Source of the DNA: Methanocaldococcus jannaschii DSM 2661
GTDB lineage: Archaea; AGJL01; Methanococci; Methanococcales; Methanocaldococcaceae
NCBI RefSeq assembly: GCF_000091665.1
Contig: NC_000909.1
Location: 1,546,838 to 1,578,837, forward strand
Direction: 5' to 3'
DNA: 32,000 nucleotides
Part shown: positions 17,447 through 25,247 of the stretch, in pieces
Numbering within the stretch: position 1 is the first letter of the stretch
How the letters are laid out: each line of letters opens with the position of its first letter
Notes under the pieces: model-generated
What the model saw: only the letters and a program-made list of their open reading frames with translations
The model's database searches: none
Told to the model about the DNA's origin: nothing
Program-made: the position numbers and the translations under genes

Positions 17447-17467
17447 TAACTCGGTGCTGGGCAGTTT
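17447..17467 (+). repeat. 3' arm of the 21-nt long-range inverted repeat (selD 3' UTR, 15 nt before the SECIS)
   Basis: TAACTCGGTGCTGGGCAGTTT is the exact reverse complement of 16439-16459. Confidence 0.9.
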
Positions 17468-17481
17468 TTATAACGTTCTTA

Positions 17482-17514
17482 CGATGTGCCGAACCCTTTA
17501 AGGGAGGCACATCG
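17482..17514 (+). promoter_or_regulatory. Archaeal-type SECIS element in the selD 3' UTR
   Basis: The sequence is CGATGTGCC-GAA-CCC-TTTAA-GGG-A-GGCACATCG. It forms a 9-bp GC-rich lower stem, an asymmetric GAA/A internal loop, a 3-bp upper stem and a small apical loop. It starts 57 nt after the stop codon. Confidence 0.85.
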
Positions 17515-17528
17515 AAATCTTTGATATA

Positions 17529-17540
17529 TTTTTATTTTTT
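17529..17540 (+). terminator. Oligo-T tract, probable selD transcription terminator
   Basis: TTTTTATTTTTT lies directly after the SECIS. Archaeal termination typically occurs at oligo-T runs. Confidence 0.4.
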
Positions 17541-17556
17541 ATTTCACTGTTTTGAC

Positions 17557-17669
17557 TATAGTTCTTTTTAAAATATTTTGTAATAACTAAGGCACTGATG
17601 AACTCCTTCCATTAGGAAGGGAGTTCAAACTTAATTAATAAACTTTATTAACATTTGAAAAGAACTATA
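17557..17669. repeat. MITE-like element, family E, copy E2
   Basis: It has perfect 12-bp TIRs TATAGTTCTTTT and AAAAGAACTATA. The central hairpin GAACTCCTTCC-ATTA-GGAAGGGAGTTC (17600-17626) is preceded by TGATGA. Blocks are shared with E1 (inverted) and E3. Confidence 0.7.
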
Positions 17670-17759
17670 AATTTTTTATATTACATTGTAAGTATAAAGA
17701 TTAAAAATTAAATGAGAGTTTTAATAATTAAAATTTAAAGTTATAGCTAAGGTGAAAGT

Positions 17760-18488
17760 ATGGAGATAAAATTAGAAGAAATTCTAAAAAAACAGCCATT
17801 ATACAGTGGAAAGGCAAAGTCAATCTATGAGATTGATGATGATAAAGTTTTGATAGAGTTTAGAGATGATATAACAGCTGGAAATGGAGCTAAGCATGAT
17901 GTCAAACAAGGAAAAGGTTACTTAAATGCTCTAATCTCATCAAAGTTATTTGAGGCTTTAGAGGAAAATGGAGTCAAAACCCACTATATAAAGTATATAG
18001 AACCAAGATACATGATAGCTAAAAAAGTTGAGATAATTCCAATTGAGGTTATAGTTAGAAATATAGCTGCTGGAAGTTTGTGTAGAAGATATCCTTTTGA
18101 AGAAGGGAAAGAATTGCCATTTCCAATTGTTCAATTTGACTATAAAAATGATGAGTATGGAGACCCAATGCTAAATGAAGATATTGCTGTAGCTTTAGGT
18201 TTAGCTACAAGAGAGGAGCTAAATAAAATTAAAGAAATTGCTTTAAAGGTTAATGAAGTATTAAAGAAATTGTTTGATGAGAAGGGCATTATATTAGTTG
18301 ATTTCAAAATTGAAATTGGTAAAGATAGGGAAGGCAATTTATTAGTTGCAGATGAGATAAGCCCAGATACTATGAGATTGTGGGATAAGGAGACACGAGA
18401 TGTCTTAGATAAGGATGTATTTAGAAAGGATTTAGGGGATGTTATTGCAAAATACAGAATTGTCGCTGAGAGATTGGGATTATTATAA
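17760..18488 (+). CDS. purC: Phosphoribosylaminoimidazole-succinocarboxamide (SAICAR) synthase
   Basis: It has LYSGKAKSIY, the RNIAAGSL region and LVDFKIEIG. SD AAGGTGA lies upstream. Confidence 0.95.
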   Translation: MEIKLEEILKKQPLYSGKAKSIYEIDDDKVLIEFRDDITAGNGAKHDVKQGKGYLNALISSKLFEALEENGVKTHYIKYIEPRYMIAKKVEIIPIEVIVRNIAAGSLCRRYPFEEGKELPFPIVQFDYKNDEYGDPMLNEDIAVALGLATREELNKIKEIALKVNEVLKKLFDEKGIILVDFKIEIGKDREGNLLVADEISPDTMRLWDKETRDVLDKDVFRKDLGDVIAKYRIVAERLGLL

Positions 18489-18505
18489 AGCAATAAGGTG
18501 AAATT

Positions 18506-18757
18506 ATGTATAAGGCAACAGTTATAATAAAGTTAAAAAAAGGAGTTCTAAATCCAGAAGGAAGGACAATACAGAGAGCTTTAAACTTTTTAGGATTTAA
18601 TAATGTTAAAGAAGTCCAAACATACAAGATGATTGATATAATAATGGAAGGAGAAAATGAAGAAAAAGTTAAAGAGGAAGTTGAAGAAATGTGTAAAAAG
18701 CTCTTAGCAAACCCTGTTATTCATGATTATGAGATAAAAGTCGAGAAAATTGAATAA
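18506..18757 (+). CDS. purS: Phosphoribosylformylglycinamidine synthase subunit PurS
   Basis: It is 83 aa. KKGVLNPEGRTIQRAL is typical of PurS. It lies directly downstream of purC, with SD AAGGTGA. Confidence 0.9.
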   Translation: MYKATVIIKLKKGVLNPEGRTIQRALNFLGFNNVKEVQTYKMIDIIMEGENEEKVKEEVEEMCKKLLANPVIHDYEIKVEKIE

Positions 18758-18822
18758 TTAATTTTATTAAACTTTTTTATTAAAATTTACTTAATTTTAA
18801 AATTTTTAAAGTTGGTGATTGA

Positions 18823-19458
18823 ATGGAGAAGAAGAAAAAGCTTATTTTATTTGATTTTGATAGCACATTGGTTAATAATGAGACAATTGATGAGATTGCA
18901 AGAGAGGCGGGAGTTGAGGAAGAAGTTAAAAAAATTACTAAAGAAGCAATGGAAGGGAAATTAAATTTTGAGCAATCTTTAAGAAAAAGAGTTAGTTTAT
19001 TAAAAGACCTTCCAATTGAAAAGGTTGAAAAAGCTATTAAAAGAATAACACCAACAGAGGGAGCTGAAGAGACTATTAAAGAGTTAAAAAATAGAGGTTA
19101 TGTTGTTGCTGTTGTTAGTGGAGGTTTTGATATTGCTGTTAATAAAATTAAAGAAAAATTGGGATTAGATTATGCTTTTGCAAATAGATTGATTGTTAAA
19201 GATGGAAAACTAACTGGAGATGTTGAGGGAGAGGTTTTAAAAGAAAATGCTAAGGGAGAAATTTTGGAAAAGATAGCTAAAATTGAGGGAATAAATTTGG
19301 AGGATACTGTTGCTGTAGGAGATGGAGCTAATGACATAAGTATGTTTAAAAAAGCTGGTTTGAAGATAGCTTTTTGTGCTAAGCCAATTTTAAAAGAGAA
19401 GGCAGATATTTGTATAGAGAAAAGGGATTTGAGAGAGATTTTAAAGTATATTAAATAA
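18823..19458 (+). CDS. serB: Phosphoserine phosphatase (HAD superfamily)
   Basis: HAD motif I is FDFDSTL, motif II is VSGG and motif III is K..GDGANDI. The sequence matches my memory of the structurally characterised M. jannaschii PSP. Confidence 0.92.
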   Translation: MEKKKKLILFDFDSTLVNNETIDEIAREAGVEEEVKKITKEAMEGKLNFEQSLRKRVSLLKDLPIEKVEKAIKRITPTEGAEETIKELKNRGYVVAVVSGGFDIAVNKIKEKLGLDYAFANRLIVKDGKLTGDVEGEVLKENAKGEILEKIAKIEGINLEDTVAVGDGANDISMFKKAGLKIAFCAKPILKEKADICIEKRDLREILKYIK

Positions 19459-19485
19459 AATATAATTAATAGATATTATATTAAA

Positions 19486-20496
19486 TTATTTTCCTTTTTT
19501 CTTATCAATCTCTCTTTTTATAATTAACATAGCAATATAACCAAGGATTGTAGGGAGTATGTAAGAAACAAGTCTGTCTAATAAAGTAACTGCTGCAGCG
19601 ACTGAAGGAGGAATATTAAAAGCAGAGAAAGAAAGTATCATAACTGTGTCTGCTGTTCCAAAGCCACTTGGAGTTATAGATAAAACACCAGAGAGGAGGG
19701 TTATTAAATATACTGCAGATACACAAATAACTGAGACAACATAAGAGAGAGACAAAAATAACAGCCATAATTTTAAAATATCGAAGATATACCGCATAAC
19801 TGATAAAAATATGGCTACAACAACCTCCCATCCTCTCTTATTTTTAAAAAATTTCATACTGTTGTAAAACTCTTCAATAGATTGTAGGATTTTTGTCTCA
19901 TCATAATTATATGAGCAATATTTACAGATAAACTTTGATATTTTGGTAACCGTCTTAATTAGAAGTCCTTTATTTGCAATTAAATAGATAATTATTGCAG
20001 TTAGAGAAAATAAAAAAATCCAAGATAGTATAAGATACTCAAGATACTTAAATCCAGTAACTACAAAGTATCCAATAACAAATAATGTGAAAAATAAAAA
20101 TATCGCTGTATCTAAAACTCTTTCAACTACAACTGTAGAAAATGCCAAACCTTTTGGAATCTCTTCAAGTTTTGATAAATAATAAGCTCTAAATGCCTCT
20201 CCTCCCCCTCTCATAGATGGAGTTATATTGTTAATAAACAATCCCATTAAAACGAGTAAAAAGATATTTTTAAAATTTGCAGAATAACCTAAAATCTTAA
20301 TTATAAATTTCCATCTTGCTGAGAGAATTACAGAAACCAGTATTTGAAGTATAAAAGCAAGAATTACATATTCTGGGTTTGTATTGATAAGAACTTTTAT
20401 TATTTTATCTAAGCCAATATATGCCATTATTGCTAAAATAAATAAAAAGCTAATTATCAACAATATTGTGGATTTAGTTATCTTTATTTTCATCAA
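19486..20496 (-). CDS. UPF0104 / lysylphosphatidylglycerol-synthase-TM-region-like polytopic membrane protein
   Basis: It has about eight TM helices and the loop NNITPSMRGGGEAFRAYYL, typical of the flippase-like LPG_synthase_TM family. Its ATG overlaps the upstream gene's stop (ATGA). Confidence 0.65.
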   Translation of the reverse strand: MMKIKITKSTILLIISFLFILAIMAYIGLDKIIKVLINTNPEYVILAFILQILVSVILSARWKFIIKILGYSANFKNIFLLVLMGLFINNITPSMRGGGEAFRAYYLSKLEEIPKGLAFSTVVVERVLDTAIFLFFTLFVIGYFVVTGFKYLEYLILSWIFLFSLTAIIIYLIANKGLLIKTVTKISKFICKYCSYNYDETKILQSIEEFYNSMKFFKNKRGWEVVVAIFLSVMRYIFDILKLWLLFLSLSYVVSVICVSAVYLITLLSGVLSITPSGFGTADTVMILSFSAFNIPPSVAAAVTLLDRLVSYILPTILGYIAMLIIKREIDKKKGK

Positions 20497-21536
20497 TATC
20501 CCTTTAACTTCTTTCTAATGTAATTTAGAATTTCGTCTCCAACATCTTTTGTCTTTAAATCCCCTCCCAAGTCAGGAGTAACTTTTTTGTTTATTAAGCA
20601 GTATTTCACTGCCTCTCTAATCAAATCTCCCTTTTCTTTCTCTCCAATATAATCAAAAAGCATAGCAATACTTAATATAGATGCCATTGGATTTGCTATA
20701 CCTTTCCCAGCTATATCTGGAGCTGAACCATGAACTGGCTCAAATAATGCTTTATCATCTCCTATATTTGCTGAAGGAGCTAAACCAAGTCCTCCAATTA
20801 ATGCAGATGCCTCATCTGATAAAATATCCCCAAACATGTTTGTTGTAACAATAACATCAAATTTTTCAGGATGTTTTATTAAGTTCATAGCTGTTGAATC
20901 AACTAAATAATCATCTGCCTCTATATTATAATGTTTTTTTATTTCATTAAAAACCTCTAAGAATAAACCATCAGTTATTCTTAAAACATTAGCTTTATGG
21001 ATGCAAGATACCTTTTTCCTATTATTTTTTATAGCATATTCAAATGCAAATCTTATTATTCTCTCGCTACCCTTTCTTGTTATAACCCTCTCAGCTATTG
21101 CTGTATCATTTTCTAATCTCTCTCTACCAACATATAAATCTTCCGTATTCTCTCTTATAATAACTATATCAATATTCTTAGCATTTAAGAATTCATAATC
21201 TGCAATTTTCCCAATTAATTGTCCAATTCCAAAGTTGTTTATTGGTCTTACATTTGCATATAAATGAAACATCTTCCTCAACGTTATTATAGGGCTTTTA
21301 TAATTTTGAACTTCCCCTGGCTTTGGTGAGGTTATAGCCCCAAACAAAATAATATCTGCCTCTTTAGCTTTTTCTATTGTATCCTCTGGAAGTGCATTAC
21401 CATATTTTTTTAAACATTCTAATCCTGCCTCTCCTTTTATTATTTCAAACTCTCCCAACTCATTTAATATTTTTATGGCCTCTGGAATCACTTCTTTTCC
21501 TATTCCATCCCCTTCTATAACACACACCTTCATCAT
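20493..21536 (-). CDS. aksF: Isopropylmalate/homoisocitrate dehydrogenase family enzyme (likely the coenzyme-B pathway AksF paralogue)
   Basis: It has IRENTEDLY, the NMFGDILSDEAS region and GSAPDIAGKGIANP. I start it at MMKVCVIEGDGIGKEV (21536). The 24-codon extension in the track (to 21608) runs into repeat element E3. Confidence 0.8.
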   Translation of the reverse strand: MMKVCVIEGDGIGKEVIPEAIKILNELGEFEIIKGEAGLECLKKYGNALPEDTIEKAKEADIILFGAITSPKPGEVQNYKSPIITLRKMFHLYANVRPINNFGIGQLIGKIADYEFLNAKNIDIVIIRENTEDLYVGRERLENDTAIAERVITRKGSERIIRFAFEYAIKNNRKKVSCIHKANVLRITDGLFLEVFNEIKKHYNIEADDYLVDSTAMNLIKHPEKFDVIVTTNMFGDILSDEASALIGGLGLAPSANIGDDKALFEPVHGSAPDIAGKGIANPMASILSIAMLFDYIGEKEKGDLIREAVKYCLINKKVTPDLGGDLKTKDVGDEILNYIRKKLKGY

Positions 21537-21559
21537 AGACAGCACCAAAAACTTTTTTA

Positions 21560-21684
21560 TATAGTGTCTTTCAAAAACATTTTGAAGTAACCAGTAGCTT
21601 ATGAACACCTTCCAAAGGAAGGCATTTAAATATTTATTGTCAAATATTTATTAATAAACTTTAATTAATTTTGAAGACAGTATA
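21560..21684. repeat. MITE-like element, family E, copy E3
   Basis: The termini TATAGTGTCTTTCAAAA and TTTTGAAGACAGTATA are imperfect inverted repeats. The hairpin is GAACACCTTCC-AAA-GGAAGG. It shares TTAATAAACTTTA..TTTTGAA with E2. Confidence 0.65.
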
Positions 21685-21762
21685 GTTTAAAGATATTTTT
21701 AAGTATTAATACGGTATATTTATTGTTTCTATTTCTATTAAACGTTAATAAGAGGGATAAAA

Positions 21763-23052
21763 ATGGAATATTCGGATGTTCCAAAGTTTATTAGGGACGT
21801 TTCAATAAAACAGCACGAGTGGATGAGAGAGAGCATAAAATTAATTGCAAGTGAGAATATAACAAGTTTAGCAGTTAGAGAGGCGTGTGCAACAGATTTT
21901 ATGCATAGATATGCTGAGGGATTACCAGGAAAAAGATTATACCAAGGATGTAAATATATAGATGAAGTTGAAACACTCTGTATAGAGTTGTCTAAAGAAT
22001 TATTTAAAGCTGAACACGCAAACGTTCAGCCAACAAGTGGTGTCGTTGCTAATTTAGCTGTTTTCTTTGCTGAAACAAAGCCAGGGGATAAATTAATGGC
22101 TTTAAGTGTTCCAGATGGTGGGCATATAAGCCATTGGAAAGTAAGTGCTGCTGGAATTAGAGGATTAAAAGTTATAAACCATCCATTCGACCCAGAAGAG
22201 ATGAATATTGATGCTGATGCAATGGTTAAAAAAATCTTAGAAGAGAAGCCAAAGCTAATATTGTTTGGAGGTTCTTTATTCCCATTCCCTCATCCAGTAG
22301 CTGATGCCTATGAAGCTGCTCAAGAAGTTGGTGCTAAAATTGCCTATGATGGAGCTCATGTTTTGGGATTAATAGCTGGAAAGCAGTTCCAAGACCCATT
22401 GAGAGAAGGGGCGGAGTATTTAATGGGTAGCACTCATAAAACATTCTTTGGTCCTCAAGGAGGAGTTATATTAACAACAAAAGAAAACGCTGACAAGATA
22501 GACAGCCATGTATTCCCAGGGGTTGTTAGTAACCATCATTTACATCATAAGGCTGGTTTAGCCATTGCCTTAGCTGAGATGTTGGAGTTTGGAGAAGCTT
22601 ATGCTAAGCAAGTTATTAAGAATGCAAAGGCATTAGCTCAGGCTCTGTATGAGAGAGGATTTAATGTTTTATGTGAGCACAAGGACTTTACAGAAAGCCA
22701 TCAAGTAATTATTGATATAGAGAGTTCTCCAGACATAGAGTTTTCAGCAAGTGAGTTAGCTAAGATGTATGAAGAGGCAAATATCATTTTAAATAAAAAC
22801 TTATTGCCATGGGATGATGTTAATAACTCAGACAATCCAAGTGGTATTAGGTTAGGAACACAAGAATGTACAAGATTAGGAATGAAAGAAAAAGAGATGG
22901 AAGAAATAGCTGAATTTATGAAAAGGATAGCTATTGATAAAGAAAAACCAGAGAAAGTTAGAGAGGATGTTAAAGAATTTGCTAAGGAGTACAGCACTAT
23001 TCATTACAGTTTTGATGAGGGAGATGGATTTAAATATCTAAGATTCTATTAA
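21763..23052 (+). CDS. glyA: Serine hydroxymethyltransferase
   Basis: The PLP-lysine motif is [13 protein letters not shown]. The sequence is SHMT-like throughout and 429 aa long. Confidence 0.95.
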   Translation: MEYSDVPKFIRDVSIKQHEWMRESIKLIASENITSLAVREACATDFMHRYAEGLPGKRLYQGCKYIDEVETLCIELSKELFKAEHANVQPTSGVVANLAVFFAETKPGDKLMALSVPDGGHISHWKVSAAGIRGLKVINHPFDPEEMNIDADAMVKKILEEKPKLILFGGSLFPFPHPVADAYEAAQEVGAKIAYDGAHVLGLIAGKQFQDPLREGAEYLMGSTHKTFFGPQGGVILTTKENADKIDSHVFPGVVSNHHLHHKAGLAIALAEMLEFGEAYAKQVIKNAKALAQALYERGFNVLCEHKDFTESHQVIIDIESSPDIEFSASELAKMYEEANIILNKNLLPWDDVNNSDNPSGIRLGTQECTRLGMKEKEMEEIAEFMKRIAIDKEKPEKVREDVKEFAKEYSTIHYSFDEGDGFKYLRFY

Positions 23053-23063
23053 TATGCTAAAAT

Positions 23064-23536
23064 AATTTATTTTTTGCGTCATTATATATTTATATGAGTT
23101 CGTAGATATTATATTTTAGAATTTTATTATTTGGGTTTTAGGATTTTTGATTTTGTTGTTTGGTTAATGGATTGTCTTGTTGAATATGTTTGAAATTTGA
23201 AAATAAGAGTATTTAGAAGTTATTAATTAGTTCAAAGGATTTTTATTTAATTTCTAAGGGTTTGCTGGTTTGATTATTTAGAATATTTGAGTTTATTGAA
23301 TTATTCAGATTTTTAAAAATTAAGATTAATTAGGAAAGGAAATAAGATTTCTCTAACAGACAAGTTAAATTTTTGGATTTAAAAAGATAAAAATGCTTAG
23401 TTTTAGTAAAGAGATAAAATTTTAAATACTAAAAGGTTTATATTGTAAGATGGTTATTTATCCTTAGAAAAATATGGTATAGAAAAGCTTAAATATTAAG
23501 AGTGATGAAGTATATTATGTTGTGAATGATTGCCCT
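23064..23536 (+). promoter_or_regulatory. CRISPR leader 1 (long conserved leader; the LR element of the original M. jannaschii repeat description)
   Basis: About 470 bp align by eye along their length with 28203-28681. The TATA-like GCTTAAATATT lies at 23487-23497, 40 nt before repeat 1. The region is AT-rich and non-coding. Confidence 0.8.
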
Positions 23537-24119
23537 GTTAAAATCAGACCTCTTGGAGGATGGAAATGCTGTAAGCACATCTGGACTAGAAAAGTCAGAA
23601 TTTTTAACCTAGTTAAAATCAGACCTCTTGGAGGATGGAAATGTTTTTATTATCTTAATTTTTTTTCTTAAAATCAGACCGTTAAAATCAGACCTCTTGG
23701 AGGATGGAAACATAAGCACTTTTTTAGCTCTTTTACTTCATTTTCTGTTAAAATCAGACCTCTTGGAGGATGGAAATTTTTTGGTGGGGAATATGGAAAT
23801 TGACAATAACACAATAAGTTAAAATCAGACCTCTTGGAGGATGGAAACGAAATAAACCAATGTTTAACTTGTGGCTGTTTTAAGAAGTTAAAATCAGACC
23901 TCTTGGAGGATGGAAATGAAAATAAATAAACCCTCCAATGCCAAACCAAAATTTTTGCAATTAAAATAAGACCGATTCGGTATGGAAACTGGAACAATCC
24001 GTTTAAAACTTCATACTCTTCTTTTGTGGTTAAAATCAGACCGATTCGGAATGGAAACACGAAATACCATTTTCAGATACGATTTTTTAGTTAAACCGAA
24101 ATCCTTGAAAAATAGAAAT
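23537..24119 (+). CRISPR. CRISPR array 1: 8 clear repeats plus 1 degenerate terminal repeat, with two repeat types
   Basis: Repeats start at 23537, 23612, 23681, 23747, 23818 and 23887 (31 nt, GTTAAAATCAGACCTCTTGGAGGATGGAAAT/C). Repeats at 23960 and 24029 are 30 nt (..AGACCGATTCGG.ATGGAAAC). A degenerate repeat starts at 24090. Spacers are 31-44 nt and unique. The 3' ATGGAAA(T/C) tag and leader position give + orientation. Confidence 0.95.
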
Positions 24120-24179
24120 TATTGAAAATAGCATTACAATAATAATTATTTTATTTGAAAATTTTAAAAATAAATTGCT

Positions 24180-25232
24180 TTATTCTTTATACCACTCATA
24201 AAACTTATTTTCTATAAACTCCCTTATTTTCGTTGGTTCCAAATCATTAACTATACTATAAACTGCTATTCCTCCAGCCCCTACTCCTTCTTTTACTGAA
24301 CCTTTGCAATAATTTTTTAATCCCTCAATCTTTGCTTTTTCAAAATAAAACTTAGATGCTAAAACTGGAACATTTCCTATCTGCTCAACTATTCCCTTTA
24401 AATCTCCTTTTTTATCATTTAAAACAAATTCAGTTGTTCCTATGGCTATTAAGTTTTTATCTAAAACCTTTTTGTTAATCTCTTTTATAACTGCTAAGAC
24501 AGCACTCATCTGTGTTCCTCCAGCTAAAATAACTGGCTTATTTCTTTCAGCAAAACTTATAGCCAAACCAGCAACAACAGGCATCATCTTATCTCCAACG
24601 GCATTTAAAACATCAAAGACAGATGATTTTTCATTAATGCCAGCTTTCTTTAAACCCTCTCTAACAACCTTTATTTTTAACTCATGGGGGTTATTTATAG
24701 AGCCAGAGCTAACCTTTCCCTCGGCATCATATCCTAATCCTAATAAAACCCCTAATGCTGTTGTTGTCCCACCAGGAACACTCTCCCCAACAATTAATAA
24801 TTCAGCATCTAAGTTTTTACCTAAGAGATAACCTTTCATATATAATTCCTTTGAGTTATTCATTGCTTTACCTTCTTCTATTCTCCCAGTTGGCTTTTCA
24901 TCTATCTCTATAAAAGGAATCTTTGGCTTAACAAAAGCTCCCGCATCTATGTGGAGGTTTTTTATATTCTTTAGCTCAACACATGCCCTCGTTATGGTTG
25001 CAGGTGTTGGTGAGCCAGTGGCATCTATTGGAGGAGTTTTTAAAGTTAGAGATTTTCCATAAAAAACAAGCTCAACATCTGCAGAGGGTGTGTATTTAAT
25101 AACATCCCTATGCACTCCAGATATTGGAATTGATAAGGTAGTTTCTATTGATGAAATTACACAAGTAAATAAAGGATTTCTTCCTTTAATTTTATCTAAG
25201 AAGCCATTTTCATTTATTGCTATTATGCTCAT
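24180..25232 (-). CDS. CobT-like (nicotinate-nucleotide-dimethylbenzimidazole phosphoribosyltransferase family, archaeal UPF0284) protein
   Basis: It is 350 aa with GESVPGGTTTA and AGGTQM motifs, resembling the CobT/DMB-PRT fold. Confidence 0.7.
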   Translation of the reverse strand: MSIIAINENGFLDKIKGRNPLFTCVISSIETTLSIPISGVHRDVIKYTPSADVELVFYGKSLTLKTPPIDATGSPTPATITRACVELKNIKNLHIDAGAFVKPKIPFIEIDEKPTGRIEEGKAMNNSKELYMKGYLLGKNLDAELLIVGESVPGGTTTALGVLLGLGYDAEGKVSSGSINNPHELKIKVVREGLKKAGINEKSSVFDVLNAVGDKMMPVVAGLAISFAERNKPVILAGGTQMSAVLAVIKEINKKVLDKNLIAIGTTEFVLNDKKGDLKGIVEQIGNVPVLASKFYFEKAKIEGLKNYCKGSVKEGVGAGGIAVYSIVNDLEPTKIREFIENKFYEWYKE

Positions 25233-25247
25233 AAGTATCCCTCTTTT

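Noticed and set aside
18140-18627. Minus-strand ORFs 18140..18493 and 18442..18627.
   Set aside because: They lie antisense to purC and purS.
19616-22997. ORFs 19616..19831 (-), 21001..21198 (+) and 22701..22997 (-).
   Set aside because: 19616..19831 is an alternative-frame ORF nested on the same strand inside the UPF0104 membrane protein gene. 21001..21198 and 22701..22997 lie antisense inside the dehydrogenase gene and glyA respectively.
23628-24060. ORFs 23628..23822 (+) and 23674..24060 (-) with repeated peptide blocks ([10 protein letters not shown] / [10 protein letters not shown]).
   Set aside because: The periodic peptide repeats are translations of the CRISPR repeats, so this is not coding sequence.
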